From an uncultured Planctomycetia bacterium (GTDB taxonomy: Bacteria > Planctomycetota > UBA8108 > UBA1146), in assembly GCA_964422295.1 (NCBI GenBank), contig CAYRAM010000001.1:135448-199447 (forward strand): a DNA stretch of 64,000 nucleotides, given 5' to 3'. Made by a program: the position numbers and the translations under genes. Positions 26,837 through 36,798 of this stretch are shown in pieces. Positions within the stretch are counted from its first letter, which is position 1; every line of letters starts with the position of its first letter. The notes beneath the pieces are model-generated. The model made no database searches. It saw only the letters and a list, made by a program, of their open reading frames with translations, and had not been told where the DNA came from.

Positions 26837-27640
26837 ATGAGTTCTTCAGCCAAGCGGAGTCTCCTTCAAAGGATTCAGGATCGTCTCCGCCGGAGAATCA
26901 AGTCTCTGGATTTCAGGTTCCGGCGGCGATTCCAACTGAGTACTATTCGATCCCTCTACGGCCCGCGATTTCACACGAACTTTGGAGACGCCACGTTTCG
27001 TCTCTATATCAAAGCCTCCTATGGGTTCTTTTACTGGGACAGGTTGCGGTCGATAGATCATGATTTCGTCTTCATCGATGTCGGAGCAAATCAAGGGCTG
27101 TACACCCTCGGGGCCGCCTTCAATCCACACTCGCAAGGGTGTCACGCTTTTGAGCCGGTTCCTGCAGTGGCCGACCTATTGTCCCGAAATCTGGAGTTGA
27201 ACGGTGTCTCTGAAAAGTGCCGCGTCAGCGAAGTGGCAATCTCTCGTGATTCGGGAGGGGCGACGATCACCTTGCCAGAGAACCACACCGGCGGGGCATC
27301 GATCCAAAAACACCCAGAGGAGAGCTCCACGAAGACTAGAACGATGGAAATCGAAACGATTTCCAGATCAGGATTGGATCAGCTCATTCGTCGGGATAAC
27401 TTTCCCGTCCGAATCAAGGTGGATGTCGAAGGCCATGAGGAGGTGGTCATTCAGGAGTTGTTGGCGAGCCATTTCGCCGATCGGATCGAGGAAATTTTCT
27501 ACGAGGTCGATGAGCGCTGGGTCGACCCGAACCGGCTTCAATCCAGCCTTCGGAATCTTGGATTCACCCTGATGAAAATCGGTGAAGGAAGCCACTACGA
27601 CATTCTCGCGGAACGAGTCCTGAAACCTCTTAAAGGGTAG
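26837..27640 (+). CDS. FkbM-family SAM-dependent methyltransferase
   Basis: 'FIDVGANQGLYTL' is the FkbM-family motif. The start is moved to ATG 26837 because the ORF track's 26771 start lies inside the rpsI terminator. Confidence 0.75.
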   Translation: MSSSAKRSLLQRIQDRLRRRIKSLDFRFRRRFQLSTIRSLYGPRFHTNFGDATFRLYIKASYGFFYWDRLRSIDHDFVFIDVGANQGLYTLGAAFNPHSQGCHAFEPVPAVADLLSRNLELNGVSEKCRVSEVAISRDSGGATITLPENHTGGASIQKHPEESSTKTRTMEIETISRSGLDQLIRRDNFPVRIKVDVEGHEEVVIQELLASHFADRIEEIFYEVDERWVDPNRLQSSLRNLGFTLMKIGEGSHYDILAERVLKPLKG

Positions 27641-27686
27641 TCCAGTCGCAGAGGAAAAGGCAGTGGAAGAAGGCAGTAGAAAAGGC

Positions 27687-27773
27687 TGGTACCGGAGGTG
27701 GGACTCGAACCCACAAGACCCGAAGGTCAGCGGATTTTGAATCCGCCGCGTCTGCCAGTTCCGCCACTCCGGC
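27687..27773 (-). tRNA. tRNA-Leu (anticodon CAA), 87 nt with long variable arm, CCA encoded
   Basis: The reverse complement is GCCGGAGTGGCGGAACTGGCAGACGCGGCGGATTCAAAATCCGCTGACCTTCGGGTCTTGTGGGTTCGAGTCCCACCTCCGGTACCA. The anticodon stem is GCGGA/TCCGC and the loop TTCAAAA gives anticodon CAA. Confidence 0.85.
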
Positions 27774-27850
27774 AACAAATTGACTGGCCGAGCCATACTA
27801 GTCCCTGAGTGTCTTCCCGTCACCCGATCCCAAGAAACCAAAGGTCGACC

Positions 27851-28504
27851 TCAGGAATCGTGCTCCCTGAGGCAGAGGGGCGGGCCGAGAATCTCTCTCC
27901 AGATCAGGCGATCGCGCAATTCCTCGCGTGTGATTCTGCGAAATCTGTTTCGGGGGGAAACGAGTTGTGGTGAATGGCCGGGAAGATTTCTGCTGAGGTA
28001 GGCAGCGGAGACCTGGTCCGGAGCGAGATGAAATGCCTCCTCCGCTCGCACCGGATCACCGGGGACATCTTCGATGATCGGTTCTTCCGCCATTGGGAAG
28101 GTGAAGATCTCGAGGCCCTTGGGGAGTTGGGGTTGCAGATCGGGGTTACTGATCGCGGGTTGCGGCGCAGGCTCAGGAATCTTGACCCAGCCGCCGGGAC
28201 CGGGTGGTGGCTCGGGAGCAGGTAAATTGGGATCGGGAAGACTGACCGGGTCCGCACCGGCGACAGGAGGTTCATTTCCAACCCTGATCCAGCCGGGATC
28301 ATCGAGTCCGGATGCGGGTGCCGGAGCACCCGGATCGGCAACGGTCTCATTGTCGCGAGCTCGTTGTCGATTTCTGCGGGATTCTTTCCTCATCATCCGT
28401 TTTGCTTCGGCAGCGGCCTTTTCAGCACGTGCCTTGTTCATCTCGATGATCCGACTGATGATCGGGACGACGATGAAGATGACGATGTAGATCCAACTAT
28501 CCAT
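27851..28504 (-). CDS. Pro-rich membrane-anchored protein (last gene of the nfeD-floA operon)
   Basis: It has an N-terminal TM helix (IYIVIFIVVPIISRII), a basic helix, then a PxP-rich stretch (PAPEPPPGPGGW...PEPAPQP). Only 16 nt separate it from floA on the same strand. Confidence 0.5.
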   Translation of the reverse strand: MDSWIYIVIFIVVPIISRIIEMNKARAEKAAAEAKRMMRKESRRNRQRARDNETVADPGAPAPASGLDDPGWIRVGNEPPVAGADPVSLPDPNLPAPEPPPGPGGWVKIPEPAPQPAISNPDLQPQLPKGLEIFTFPMAEEPIIEDVPGDPVRAEEAFHLAPDQVSAAYLSRNLPGHSPQLVSPRNRFRRITREELRDRLIWREILGPPLCLREHDS

Positions 28505-28520
28505 GGGCTAACTCTTCGCT

Positions 28521-29576
28521 TTACAGAGGTGTATCAGGATTGTTGTCTTCATCGTGCCCCAGGGACTCTCTCATCGAGGTGTCCGCCTGAAGGTTTTTCA
28601 AGCGGTAATAATCCATGACACCGAGGTTGCCAGATCGGAATGCATCGGCGATCGCTTTCGGCACTTCTGCTTCTGCCAAGACCAAGACCGCTTTGTTGGC
28701 GGCGATGGCTGCCACTTCTTCTTGCTCTTTTGCTACTGCTAGTGCGCGACGTTTCTCGGCCAGCGCCTGGGCGACTCGTTTGTCCGCTTCCGCCTGTTCA
28801 GCCTGGAGTTTCGCACCGATGTTTTCCCCAACGTCGACGTCGGCGATATCGATGGAAAGGATTTCAAAGGCGGTCCCCGAATCGAGTCCCTTGTCGAGAA
28901 CGGTTTTTGACATCAGATCCGGGTTTGCGAGTACTTGTTTGTGGTTGCCGGCGGAACCGATGGTGGTGACGATACCCTCGCCGACGCGGGCGATGATCGT
29001 CTCTTCGGTGGCACCACCGACCAGGCGGGCTAGATTGGTCCGGACTGTTACCCTGGCGCGGGCACGAAGCTGAATTCCATCCCCGGCCACTGCATCCACC
29101 GTGGAGCGCGCTTGGTCCCGGGAGGGGGCATCGATCACCTTCGGTTGAACACTGGTGCGGACAGCGTCGAGGACGTCCCGACCAGCGAGGTCGATGGCGG
29201 CTGCTTGGTCAAAGTTGAGGCTGATGTGAGCCTTGCTTGCGGCGACCAGGGCCAGGGTTACTCGTTGAACATTGCCCTTGGCCATGAAATGGGCTTCCAG
29301 CTTGTTGCTGTGAACATCACTGAGACCCGCCTTATTCGCCATGATGAGACTGTCGACAATGATCCGCGGGTTCACTTTTCTCAACCACATTCCGATGAAC
29401 GCAAATACGCTGATCTTCACACCTGAGGAAAGCGCCTGAATGTACAGTCTTCCGAAAGTGACGAAGAAGATAAACAGGACGATCGCCAGCACTCCGAGGA
29501 GGAACCAGCCCAAGATCTGCAAAGCGTTAGGCACTTGTCCAATTTGGAACAGACCTAAAAATAGGTTTTCTGACAT
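28521..29576 (-). CDS. floA: Flotillin-like protein FloA (SPFH/band-7 family, YqfA/UPF0365 type)
   Basis: Near-colinear with the Bacillus YqfA pattern: 'GVKISVF...GMWLRKV', '[26 protein letters not shown]', '[74 protein letters not shown]', '...[26 protein letters not shown]'. Confidence 0.9.
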   Translation of the reverse strand: MSENLFLGLFQIGQVPNALQILGWFLLGVLAIVLFIFFVTFGRLYIQALSSGVKISVFAFIGMWLRKVNPRIIVDSLIMANKAGLSDVHSNKLEAHFMAKGNVQRVTLALVAASKAHISLNFDQAAAIDLAGRDVLDAVRTSVQPKVIDAPSRDQARSTVDAVAGDGIQLRARARVTVRTNLARLVGGATEETIIARVGEGIVTTIGSAGNHKQVLANPDLMSKTVLDKGLDSGTAFEILSIDIADVDVGENIGAKLQAEQAEADKRVAQALAEKRRALAVAKEQEEVAAIAANKAVLVLAEAEVPKAIADAFRSGNLGVMDYYRLKNLQADTSMRESLGHDEDNNPDTPL

Positions 29577-29617
29577 GATTTCTCCCTGAATTTATCGGGA
29601 TCGAGTTCGTGAATGAC

Positions 29618-30094
29618 TCACGATTCCGATTCGTTGTTTTTAGCTTTTTTTACGACGATGCGGTTACCATCCGATTCGATGACTACGACCGAATCTCCTT
29701 TGTTGATGTAGCCTTGAAGGGCGACGACATCGAGTCTTTTTCCGGCGATCAGTGCGATCCCTGCCGGTCGGAGGTCCGACATGACGAGACCTCTCTCACC
29801 GATCATTTCCCGGGAGTCTTTGACGTCATCCCCGATGGAGTCCGATTCGCTGAGATCGGTTCTTAAACCAACCCTGCGCAGCCAGAACCGGAACAGGAAC
29901 ACGATCCAGGATACAGTCAAGACTGAACAGGAGACCGCTAGCAAGGTGTACCCCTGAAGGTACAACTCCCACACCGAGTATGCGATGCAGAGCAGGGCTG
30001 CGATCGCCAACACGCCGCCACTGGGGATGAAGACCTCAAGGAAGATCAAGATGAGACCTGCGAGGCAAAGCATGGACAGAAGCCACCATTCCAT
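29618..30094 (-). CDS. NfeD-like short protein (membrane N-terminus + C-terminal OB-fold)
   Basis: Has a hydrophobic N-terminus and the beta-rich C-terminus typical of NfeD-short/YuaF partners of SPFH proteins. It is followed immediately by floA. Confidence 0.7.
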   Translation of the reverse strand: MEWWLLSMLCLAGLILIFLEVFIPSGGVLAIAALLCIAYSVWELYLQGYTLLAVSCSVLTVSWIVFLFRFWLRRVGLRTDLSESDSIGDDVKDSREMIGERGLVMSDLRPAGIALIAGKRLDVVALQGYINKGDSVVVIESDGNRIVVKKAKNNESES

Positions 30095-30096
30095 CG

Positions 30097-31611
30097 TCAG
30101 GCCCCCTCTCCAGCGCTTACCACGATCCTGTTTCCTTCGATCTCCACAACCTCGACGGCGATTGATTTTTCGATGAAGTCTCCCACTGAGACTACGTCGA
30201 CCACTGTGCCATCAAAATCCGCTTTTCCCGCCGGGCGAAGTACTTCGAGGGTCATTCCTTTCTGTCCGACGGACAGGTCGGCTCCTGAAAAATCAGGTGC
30301 GGCTTCGAAAGGATCATCTGAAGACAAGGTCGAATTGTCGATCAGGGAGCCAGAAGGACGTCGCGACCCTGGTAGGAAAAAAGAGACGACCAGTATTGTT
30401 AACAAACCTCCGACCAGCGACCCTGTGACGATCAGGGCGTCTTCGCTGAGGACTTTCAAACTCAAGGGCTTGTCGACGGATTGGAATGACAGACCCATTG
30501 CGGCAATCACTGCAGCCAAGCCGACGATTCCGGCGATGCCGAATCCGGGAATTACAAACAACTCGATCACCACCAAGAACACTCCGATACCCATCGTCGT
30601 CAATTCGATCCAGCCAACCCCTCCGTCGGCGTAGTTGGCCATCATGAAGATGGTCAAAAACATCAGTGCGAGGCCAGAGCCGAGGCCGACTCCCGGTAAC
30701 TTCAGTTCGATGACGAGGCTGATAGCAGCAGCCAGGATCAATAGAAACTTGATAAAGCGCGTCCAGCCGCGGAAAGCATCGAGGGCCATCCCGCCGGCAT
30801 CGCCGATACGTTTTTCTCCCAGGGATTCTTCTGCAGTGATGACATTGAGTCGCGCAAGATTGAAATCGTTGAGTAATTGTGCCGGAGATTGACAGATGTA
30901 ACTGATGAACCCGTAATCGAAAGCTTCCTCCTCGTCGATGGTCAGAATCTCACCGTTTTCGACGATTCTTTCGACCGAAGCGGCTGCCCTTTCTGCAGCG
31001 GGCAGATCATCCAGCTCCTGGTCAGTCAAAAATCTCTCAGACCGATTGCCGCTACGCACACGCAATACACCTATTTCCTTGGTCACCATCGCTTCAGCAA
31101 GGGCAGTGGGGTATCCCCGTTCACGAGCCCAGCGCCGCATGTCGGCGCGAACGGTGGTTTGTATCTTTTCGGGAAGCTCATTGCCGAAGAGATCGATGGG
31201 CTGAACATCACCGATGCGGCTGTTGTCTCCCATAACCAAATTCCTGCAGGAGAAGGCCACCAGGGTTCCGCCGCTGTATGCGCTGCGACCATTGGGTACC
31301 CAGCCAAAGGTTTCGATATTTTCGTCGGAAAGATTGTCGATGTACTCTGCCAGTTCCCGGCTGGCTTCGATGGTTCCACCGGGAGTGTCCAACTTGATGA
31401 TCAGAAACCGAAGATCCTTTTTCTTCAGTGCCTCCACCGTATCGCGGAAATCGTCGACGGTTCCGCCGCTGATGGTGCCGAGAATCGTGACGATGACGGC
31501 AGAATCGGAGAGACTCTCAGGCGGGCCTGCTTCCTGGGACTGAACCGGATTTGTCATCCAGGCCATACTGAAAATCCAAAGGGTGCAGAGAATTACGCGA
31601 GAGGGTCGCAT
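30097..31611 (-). CDS. NfeD-long: membrane-bound ClpP-class serine protease with C-terminal TM + OB domain
   Basis: Signal peptide from ATG at 31609-11 (MRPSRVILCTLWIFSMAWMTNPVQSQ). 'LDTPGGTIEASRELAEYI' is the ClpP/SppA-like protease motif. Multiple TM helices and a C-terminal OB-like segment follow. The ORF track extends 34 codons further upstream. Confidence 0.8.
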   Translation of the reverse strand: MRPSRVILCTLWIFSMAWMTNPVQSQEAGPPESLSDSAVIVTILGTISGGTVDDFRDTVEALKKKDLRFLIIKLDTPGGTIEASRELAEYIDNLSDENIETFGWVPNGRSAYSGGTLVAFSCRNLVMGDNSRIGDVQPIDLFGNELPEKIQTTVRADMRRWARERGYPTALAEAMVTKEIGVLRVRSGNRSERFLTDQELDDLPAAERAAASVERIVENGEILTIDEEEAFDYGFISYICQSPAQLLNDFNLARLNVITAEESLGEKRIGDAGGMALDAFRGWTRFIKFLLILAAAISLVIELKLPGVGLGSGLALMFLTIFMMANYADGGVGWIELTTMGIGVFLVVIELFVIPGFGIAGIVGLAAVIAAMGLSFQSVDKPLSLKVLSEDALIVTGSLVGGLLTILVVSFFLPGSRRPSGSLIDNSTLSSDDPFEAAPDFSGADLSVGQKGMTLEVLRPAGKADFDGTVVDVVSVGDFIEKSIAVEVVEIEGNRIVVSAGEGA

Positions 31612-31854
31612 GGTTGGACGACACCGAAATGCGGTCAAGGAGATCTCCTTTAATCTTAGCTTGGCAATTTCACTCTTTGGCAGCGTTGACAGGAGAAGCT
31701 GCCCACTCCCCAACGTCGATATTGTCGGGAGTTATTGGGACTCAATCAAGGCATCAACACCCGGATAGGTCGAGTCATGACCATTGTTTACGGGAAATCC
31801 CCGCTTTTTCTTTCCAATTATGGAATCCGGAATTTCAAATCATCGAGACAGGGA

Positions 31855-32940
31855 TTATCGACTTGCAGGATCCCTGCAGAGGTCAAAGGCGAGGAGTGCA
31901 AAATGGGTGGCAGCATGACTGATGAAGTGATGACCATCTCTCTTGGGGGATCGGGTAAACCAGCGGCCACTCTCACGCTGCTGCCGTCGGAGCCAATTGA
32001 GGCCCTTTTTGATGACGGGATGTTTCGCAGAGACTCCGCTATTTCTGAGGAAAAATACGGAGAAGGCCGTTGCATAGGCATCGCTGGGGAGATCTGCGAC
32101 CTCATCCGTTGAACGTTTCCATCGGGAAGCCCCTAGGTCGACCAGACGCCAGCCTCCATCGGTGCGCTGTTTGGTGAGCAACTCCCTTTGCCAAGAGCGC
32201 TTTTGGGCTTTGCTCACCCAACCTCGCCAGCGGGATTCTGCCCACAGCAGCATCCCCTTGTGATGCAGGTTTTCCGGGGGATTTTTCTGGAGCCATCTTT
32301 TCAGTTTGGCGATTCCCTGGAGGGTGCGGGCAGATTTTCGCTCAGATTCAGGAAGGTAGCTCAGCGCAACTGTCACCAATGAGACTCCAAAGTGATCATC
32401 CGATTCGAAGGGGGGCCACCCACACTTGAGCCACTGGGACCAAGCTCCATCTTCGTCTTGCAGAGTCCAGATGTGATCAAGGGATGCGCGAGTTGTTTCC
32501 GAGAGATTGCCTTCGGTGAGAATATCACTGATCGTCAGAAAAGCGGCGGTGGCGACCTTGCCCTCCACCGAACCGTGCTGGCGTGAAGGGGGTTGCTGAT
32601 CGATGACGTATCTGTGCAGATATTCCTTGGCGAAATCTCTGGTGCGCTGGTTGCCGGCAGATTGAGGTGCGAGGTGGGCAGCGGTGATCAGGTGGAGCCC
32701 ATTGGTGTGGCAGGTGACACAGTTGCGCTTCTGTGCCCACTGATCTGCGACCGTCTGTGAAAATTTAAGGGCTGCTGCGAGAGAAAATTCCTTTCGCAGT
32801 GACTCTTTGGCATCGTTGGGTGCCAGCGTCTCTCCGGGCTGTGGCGAATCATCCTTGGCGAAGGAGGGGGGGATCAATCCCACCGCCAAGATCCCCAAGA
32901 TCAGGGCCAACACAGCAAGTTGCAGGGGGGATCTCAACAT
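31855..32940 (-). CDS. Secreted protein with one c-type heme motif (CVTCH) and prenyltransferase/squalene-oxidase-like QW repeats
   Basis: Has a signal peptide, a single CxxCH motif, and three 'Q..DGxW'-type repeats (LQDEDGAWSQW, TKQRTDGGWRL, RQQRESGRWF). Confidence 0.5.
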   Translation of the reverse strand: MLRSPLQLAVLALILGILAVGLIPPSFAKDDSPQPGETLAPNDAKESLRKEFSLAAALKFSQTVADQWAQKRNCVTCHTNGLHLITAAHLAPQSAGNQRTRDFAKEYLHRYVIDQQPPSRQHGSVEGKVATAAFLTISDILTEGNLSETTRASLDHIWTLQDEDGAWSQWLKCGWPPFESDDHFGVSLVTVALSYLPESERKSARTLQGIAKLKRWLQKNPPENLHHKGMLLWAESRWRGWVSKAQKRSWQRELLTKQRTDGGWRLVDLGASRWKRSTDEVADLPSDAYATAFSVFFLRNSGVSAKHPVIKKGLNWLRRQQRESGRWFTRSPKRDGHHFISHAATHFALLAFDLCRDPASR

Positions 32941-32943
32941 CTT

Positions 32944-34146
32944 TTAACCTTTCCCAAATTCCAGATGCTCGATACCCAGGGTCGCTTCCAATCGGGCTTC
33001 CAACTGATCCATCAGGGACACCGAATCAGGGGCTTCCTTTTCAGAAGGAACTTCCAGCGGATCACAAACGGTCAAAATCACTGACCTCGGGGCATATCGC
33101 CGGGCGGTTCCGGTGAAATCTTCCTCCAGACGCTCCACCGTTTCGAGGAATCGGTCGGGGGGCGCATCTTCTGAGAGGTACCCCCGGGGATAGAGGGAGA
33201 GTTTTTGTGCCAGTTCAAGGATCCGAAACTGATGCCAACGGCGTTCCCTTTCCTCATCTTCAATCTCTCCACTGACCATTCCCTTGAGGATCGCCGATCG
33301 AAGATCCTTGCCACGTCGGACGACATCTCCATCCTGAGGGCCGGAGAGCCATTCTTCCTCCAAGGGGTGGAGCAGGTGATCGATCAGGCGGGTGGAGCGT
33401 TCAAAGAGATCTCCCGACTGGACCTCGCCGAGGAACTCGATCTCTTTCAGACCGAGCAGCGCGCGAGCCACCTTTCGAACCCGCTCCAGCATCGGCAGCC
33501 GGGTTTGCGGCTTCCACGAGAGACGCTCTTCCATCTCTTGCAGTGCCGGCTCGATCGATTCTTCGATGGACGATTCCAGGTGGTAGCGGAGGGCCAGGGG
33601 GAAGAGCAGGACTTTACCTCCATCCGCCTTGGCTTTCTTGCGAGCCGCACCTCGTGCGATCGTGGCGATCCCATCCATCAAGGGGCTGAGGAGATCGTTG
33701 GTACGGGTCACTGCGCCTTCGGGAAAGATGACCAGAGGGCGCTCCCCCGATTCCAGCATCTCCATAGCAAACTGCAGCGAAGAGCGATCCATGCCCTCTC
33801 GATAGATGCTGAATGCACCCATTGAGCGGATCAGGAATCTCTGCAATGCGCCTTCCATGAATAGATGCCAACTCGCCATGACATAAAAGAGGGATCCGGT
33901 CGCCTGGGACAGGTGAAACAGAGTCATCGGATCTGCAGGGTGGGGGTGATTGGGTGTGATCAGGATGCCGTGACCTGCAGCACGTGCCTCCCGAATCTTC
34001 TCCTGTCCCAAAACTTTGGCAGAGGTGATGCCATAGGTGCGATCCAGGGTGCGCGGCAAAAGAAGTTGGCCTAGCATCCGTGGCAGTAATCTGCCCCGGT
34101 GCGGGGGGACGAACTGATACGGTTGATCGACGACCACACGGCTCAT
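32944..34146 (-). CDS. Lysophospholipid/glycerol-3-phosphate acyltransferase (PlsC/LPLAT family)
   Basis: 'ITPNHPHPADP' is the HX4D-type motif I and 'VIFPEGAVTRT' is the FPEGTR-type motif. Confidence 0.8.
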   Translation of the reverse strand: MSRVVVDQPYQFVPPHRGRLLPRMLGQLLLPRTLDRTYGITSAKVLGQEKIREARAAGHGILITPNHPHPADPMTLFHLSQATGSLFYVMASWHLFMEGALQRFLIRSMGAFSIYREGMDRSSLQFAMEMLESGERPLVIFPEGAVTRTNDLLSPLMDGIATIARGAARKKAKADGGKVLLFPLALRYHLESSIEESIEPALQEMEERLSWKPQTRLPMLERVRKVARALLGLKEIEFLGEVQSGDLFERSTRLIDHLLHPLEEEWLSGPQDGDVVRRGKDLRSAILKGMVSGEIEDEERERRWHQFRILELAQKLSLYPRGYLSEDAPPDRFLETVERLEEDFTGTARRYAPRSVILTVCDPLEVPSEKEAPDSVSLMDQLEARLEATLGIEHLEFGKG

Positions 34147-34580
34147 TCAGCAGATTCCTCAGCAGTGGATTTTCCGCTTCTCCTCTTCTCTTCCAATATC
34201 CCTGCTCCATAAGCGACGATGAGATAGAAAGGTGTTTCGGCCCAAGTCCAAGAGGGAAGGGGGATCATCATTTGATTCAAGATGCCGCCGATCATCGACA
34301 GTACGCCGATCGTCATTGCCATGCGCATCGGATAGCCAGGTGCCAAGCGAGCCGCGAGCCAGCCTCCAAAAAACGCCTGGCCGAGGTGGGCAAGGATCAC
34401 GAGTACAAATGCTGAAGCCGGCAGGGATGAAAGGTATATTTTTGTGGCCTCGGCGTCGGTCCAATCGAATCCTTCTGGCGGAGGAAAGTAATCCATGTTG
34501 ACCCCAACCAGATCCAAGTTGATTTTCAATCCCAGGTAGAGGCCGATCACCAGCGCACCGAACATTTTCAAATAAAACAT
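34143..34580 (-). CDS. Small polytopic membrane protein (4 TM), function unknown
   Basis: Hydrophobic helices throughout. It overlaps the downstream acyltransferase by 4 nt. Confidence 0.5.
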   Translation of the reverse strand: MFYLKMFGALVIGLYLGLKINLDLVGVNMDYFPPPEGFDWTDAEATKIYLSSLPASAFVLVILAHLGQAFFGGWLAARLAPGYPMRMAMTIGVLSMIGGILNQMMIPLPSWTWAETPFYLIVAYGAGILEEKRRSGKSTAEESAE

Positions 34581-34594
34581 CTTGTCTCCTCAGT

Positions 34595-35023
34595 TTATTT
34601 CAGTGGATTAAAGGGAGCCAATGGGTCGCGCCCCTGTGCCGGATCCAGCAGAATTTGGGAATCACTGATTTCAGAGAGCACTCCATCGATGTTGATCATC
34701 TCTCCGACCTTGACCTCTTGGGCCATCGCCTGAAATTTTCCGTAATGACAACGAATATTGCCCTCAAGGATGATCCAGCAGGATTTGGGGTCTGAGGTGT
34801 CGGTGCTTGTAACTTTGCCACGGACCGTGATTTTCTTGCCGATGAAAGGGGTTCCTTTCTCCCTCAGATCCTCTGCCAAGACTTGAACTGCCGGATCGGA
34901 GTAATCCATCTTCCAACCGGTGCATCCGCAGAGAAGGGCCAGAATCAAAGAAAGGAACAGATTAGAAAGGAACAGATTAGAACTGAGTCCCACGGAACAA
35001 CACCCTTCCTGTGAATGGATCAA
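34595..35023 (-). CDS. Lipoprotein, function unknown
   Basis: Has an 'ILALLCGCTGW' lipobox. The N-terminus contains an SNLFLSNLFLS duplication, encoded by the DNA tandem repeat gaaaggaacagatta x2 at ~34950-34985. Confidence 0.5.
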   Translation of the reverse strand: MIHSQEGCCSVGLSSNLFLSNLFLSLILALLCGCTGWKMDYSDPAVQVLAEDLREKGTPFIGKKITVRGKVTSTDTSDPKSCWIILEGNIRCHYGKFQAMAQEVKVGEMINIDGVLSEISDSQILLDPAQGRDPLAPFNPLK

Positions 35024-35145
35024 CCCTTGAAAGGATAAGGGGCCTGCGCACTTGGGAACAGGGAAGAATTGAATGGGAGTTGTTTCTTGGTTCAGTAAGG
35101 TGAGCAGGGAGATGAGGCCGTCGGCTGGAATTTGGGGGTGGACGC

Positions 35146-35778
35146 ATGGATTTTGCGGACCTGGTGAAAGCCTTTGGGGCGTTCTTTGCGATTATGAACC
35201 CCTTTGTGAATTTGCCGATCTTTCTCGCATTGACGGCGGGACTCACCGTTGGCCAGCAGCGCACACTTGCGATCAAGATCACGATATTTTCCGCACTGAT
35301 GTGTGCGGCGATCCTCTTTAGCGGTCAAAGCGTGCTCAATTTCTTTGGCATCACCGTCGATGAGTTTCGCATTGCAGGTGGATTGGTGTTGGCCCACATC
35401 GCTTGGTCGATGCTCAATGGCAGTGGCATCTCATCCCACCATGGCAACGATCAGGAACAGGAGCACATACAAGATCTCACCAGCCTCGCTTTTTATCCGA
35501 TCACCTTTCCGATGATCGTCGGGCCCGGCACGATTGCGACCCTGATCATCTACGCCGGTCGCTCCAGCGGCGCTGAATCCCTGGTCGAGATCGGTGGAGT
35601 GGTGGGGATCATCCTTTCTCTTCTATTTGTGGTGCTCTTTTTTGCGTCCTTCTTCGGCAAAATCCTCAGTGACACGATGCGGGTCATCATGACCCGTCTG
35701 ATGGGCATGGTATTGCTCGCCATCGCCATCGAGATGATCGCCGACGGGGCCAAGGCGGTCCTGCCCGGACTGGCCTGA
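35146..35778 (+). CDS. MarC-family (UPF0056) integral membrane protein
   Basis: 'FFAIMNPFVNLPIFLALT' is the family signature and the protein has 6 TM helices. Confidence 0.8.
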   Translation: MDFADLVKAFGAFFAIMNPFVNLPIFLALTAGLTVGQQRTLAIKITIFSALMCAAILFSGQSVLNFFGITVDEFRIAGGLVLAHIAWSMLNGSGISSHHGNDQEQEHIQDLTSLAFYPITFPMIVGPGTIATLIIYAGRSSGAESLVEIGGVVGIILSLLFVVLFFASFFGKILSDTMRVIMTRLMGMVLLAIAIEMIADGAKAVLPGLA

Positions 35779-35875
35779 GAATCCCGCCCAAATGAAAACC
35801 CTGGCACCTTGGGTGGCCTGGGCAGCGGCAGGATGGGGCAGATTGCGAGGTTCTTCAGCTAAGAGGTCACCGATC

Positions 35876-36673
35876 TCACTCCAGGAAGAGGTCCGACATC
35901 ACCGGTCGGTGATCGGAGGCGCTTGATTCCGGAATGACCGATGCGGACGCGGGCACCCATGCACTGGGAGGGCCAGTGAGGATGTAATCGATTTCGATCG
36001 TCGGTTGGTCGGCCGGAAATGTTGCTGCGGAATCTTCAGGCTTTTTCGCATCCCTGCCGAGCTTCCGGAAGGCCTTCATGGTGCGTGAACCCGGGACATC
36101 GTTGAAGTCGCCGAAGACGATCCACGCTGTCTCGAGGGCCTCGATCCGGCGGATGGTCTCAAGGGCCTGCAAGTATCGGAACCCATCATCTTTGACCCAA
36201 TCGAAATGGACTGCGATAGCGGTGATCACCTTCCCAGAATCTGTCCGGATGCGGGTGGCCAGTGCGACACGGGGTTCATGGCCATCGGGCAGGCGCCAGG
36301 ATTCATGGGACTGAATCGGTTGCCGGGAGAGGATCGCAAGTCCGTAGCGTCCGCCCTGGAAATCCATGAACGCACCGAATGCCGCATGCATGTCGAGCCG
36401 TTCGGCCAGCCATAAAGCCTGATCGACATCACCGCTTCGGCGTGCCTGATCGTCCACTTCCTGCAGGGCGATGATGTCGGCACCGAGCGACTCCAGGGTG
36501 GTCGCGGTTCTTTCGAGATCCAGGGTGCCATCCATGCCTAGACCGTGTTTGATGTTGTATGTCGCCACTCGAATCGGCGCAGAGGCATCCGAGGACGAAA
36601 CGTGGCTTCCCGCCAGGGAGGAACAGCCTGCAAGCACACCCGAGATCAGTATGAAGGGGAGAGCGCTTCTCAT
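35876..36673 (-). CDS. Endonuclease/exonuclease/phosphatase (EEP) family lipoprotein
   Basis: Has an 'LAGCSS' lipobox and the EEP core motifs 'VATYNIKHG...DIIALQEVD'. Confidence 0.8.
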   Translation of the reverse strand: MRSALPFILISGVLAGCSSLAGSHVSSSDASAPIRVATYNIKHGLGMDGTLDLERTATTLESLGADIIALQEVDDQARRSGDVDQALWLAERLDMHAAFGAFMDFQGGRYGLAILSRQPIQSHESWRLPDGHEPRVALATRIRTDSGKVITAIAVHFDWVKDDGFRYLQALETIRRIEALETAWIVFGDFNDVPGSRTMKAFRKLGRDAKKPEDSAATFPADQPTIEIDYILTGPPSAWVPASASVIPESSASDHRPVMSDLFLE

Positions 36674-36798
36674 TGCAGGCGCAGTTTACACAGGATCATC
36701 CCATGCCGTAACTGAGGACCCCCCTTGCCTGCAGGTGAATCTGCTGATCGTTATGCTACTGGGGGGACGATAGGGGCTCACTCGATCAAAAGCGGGGA

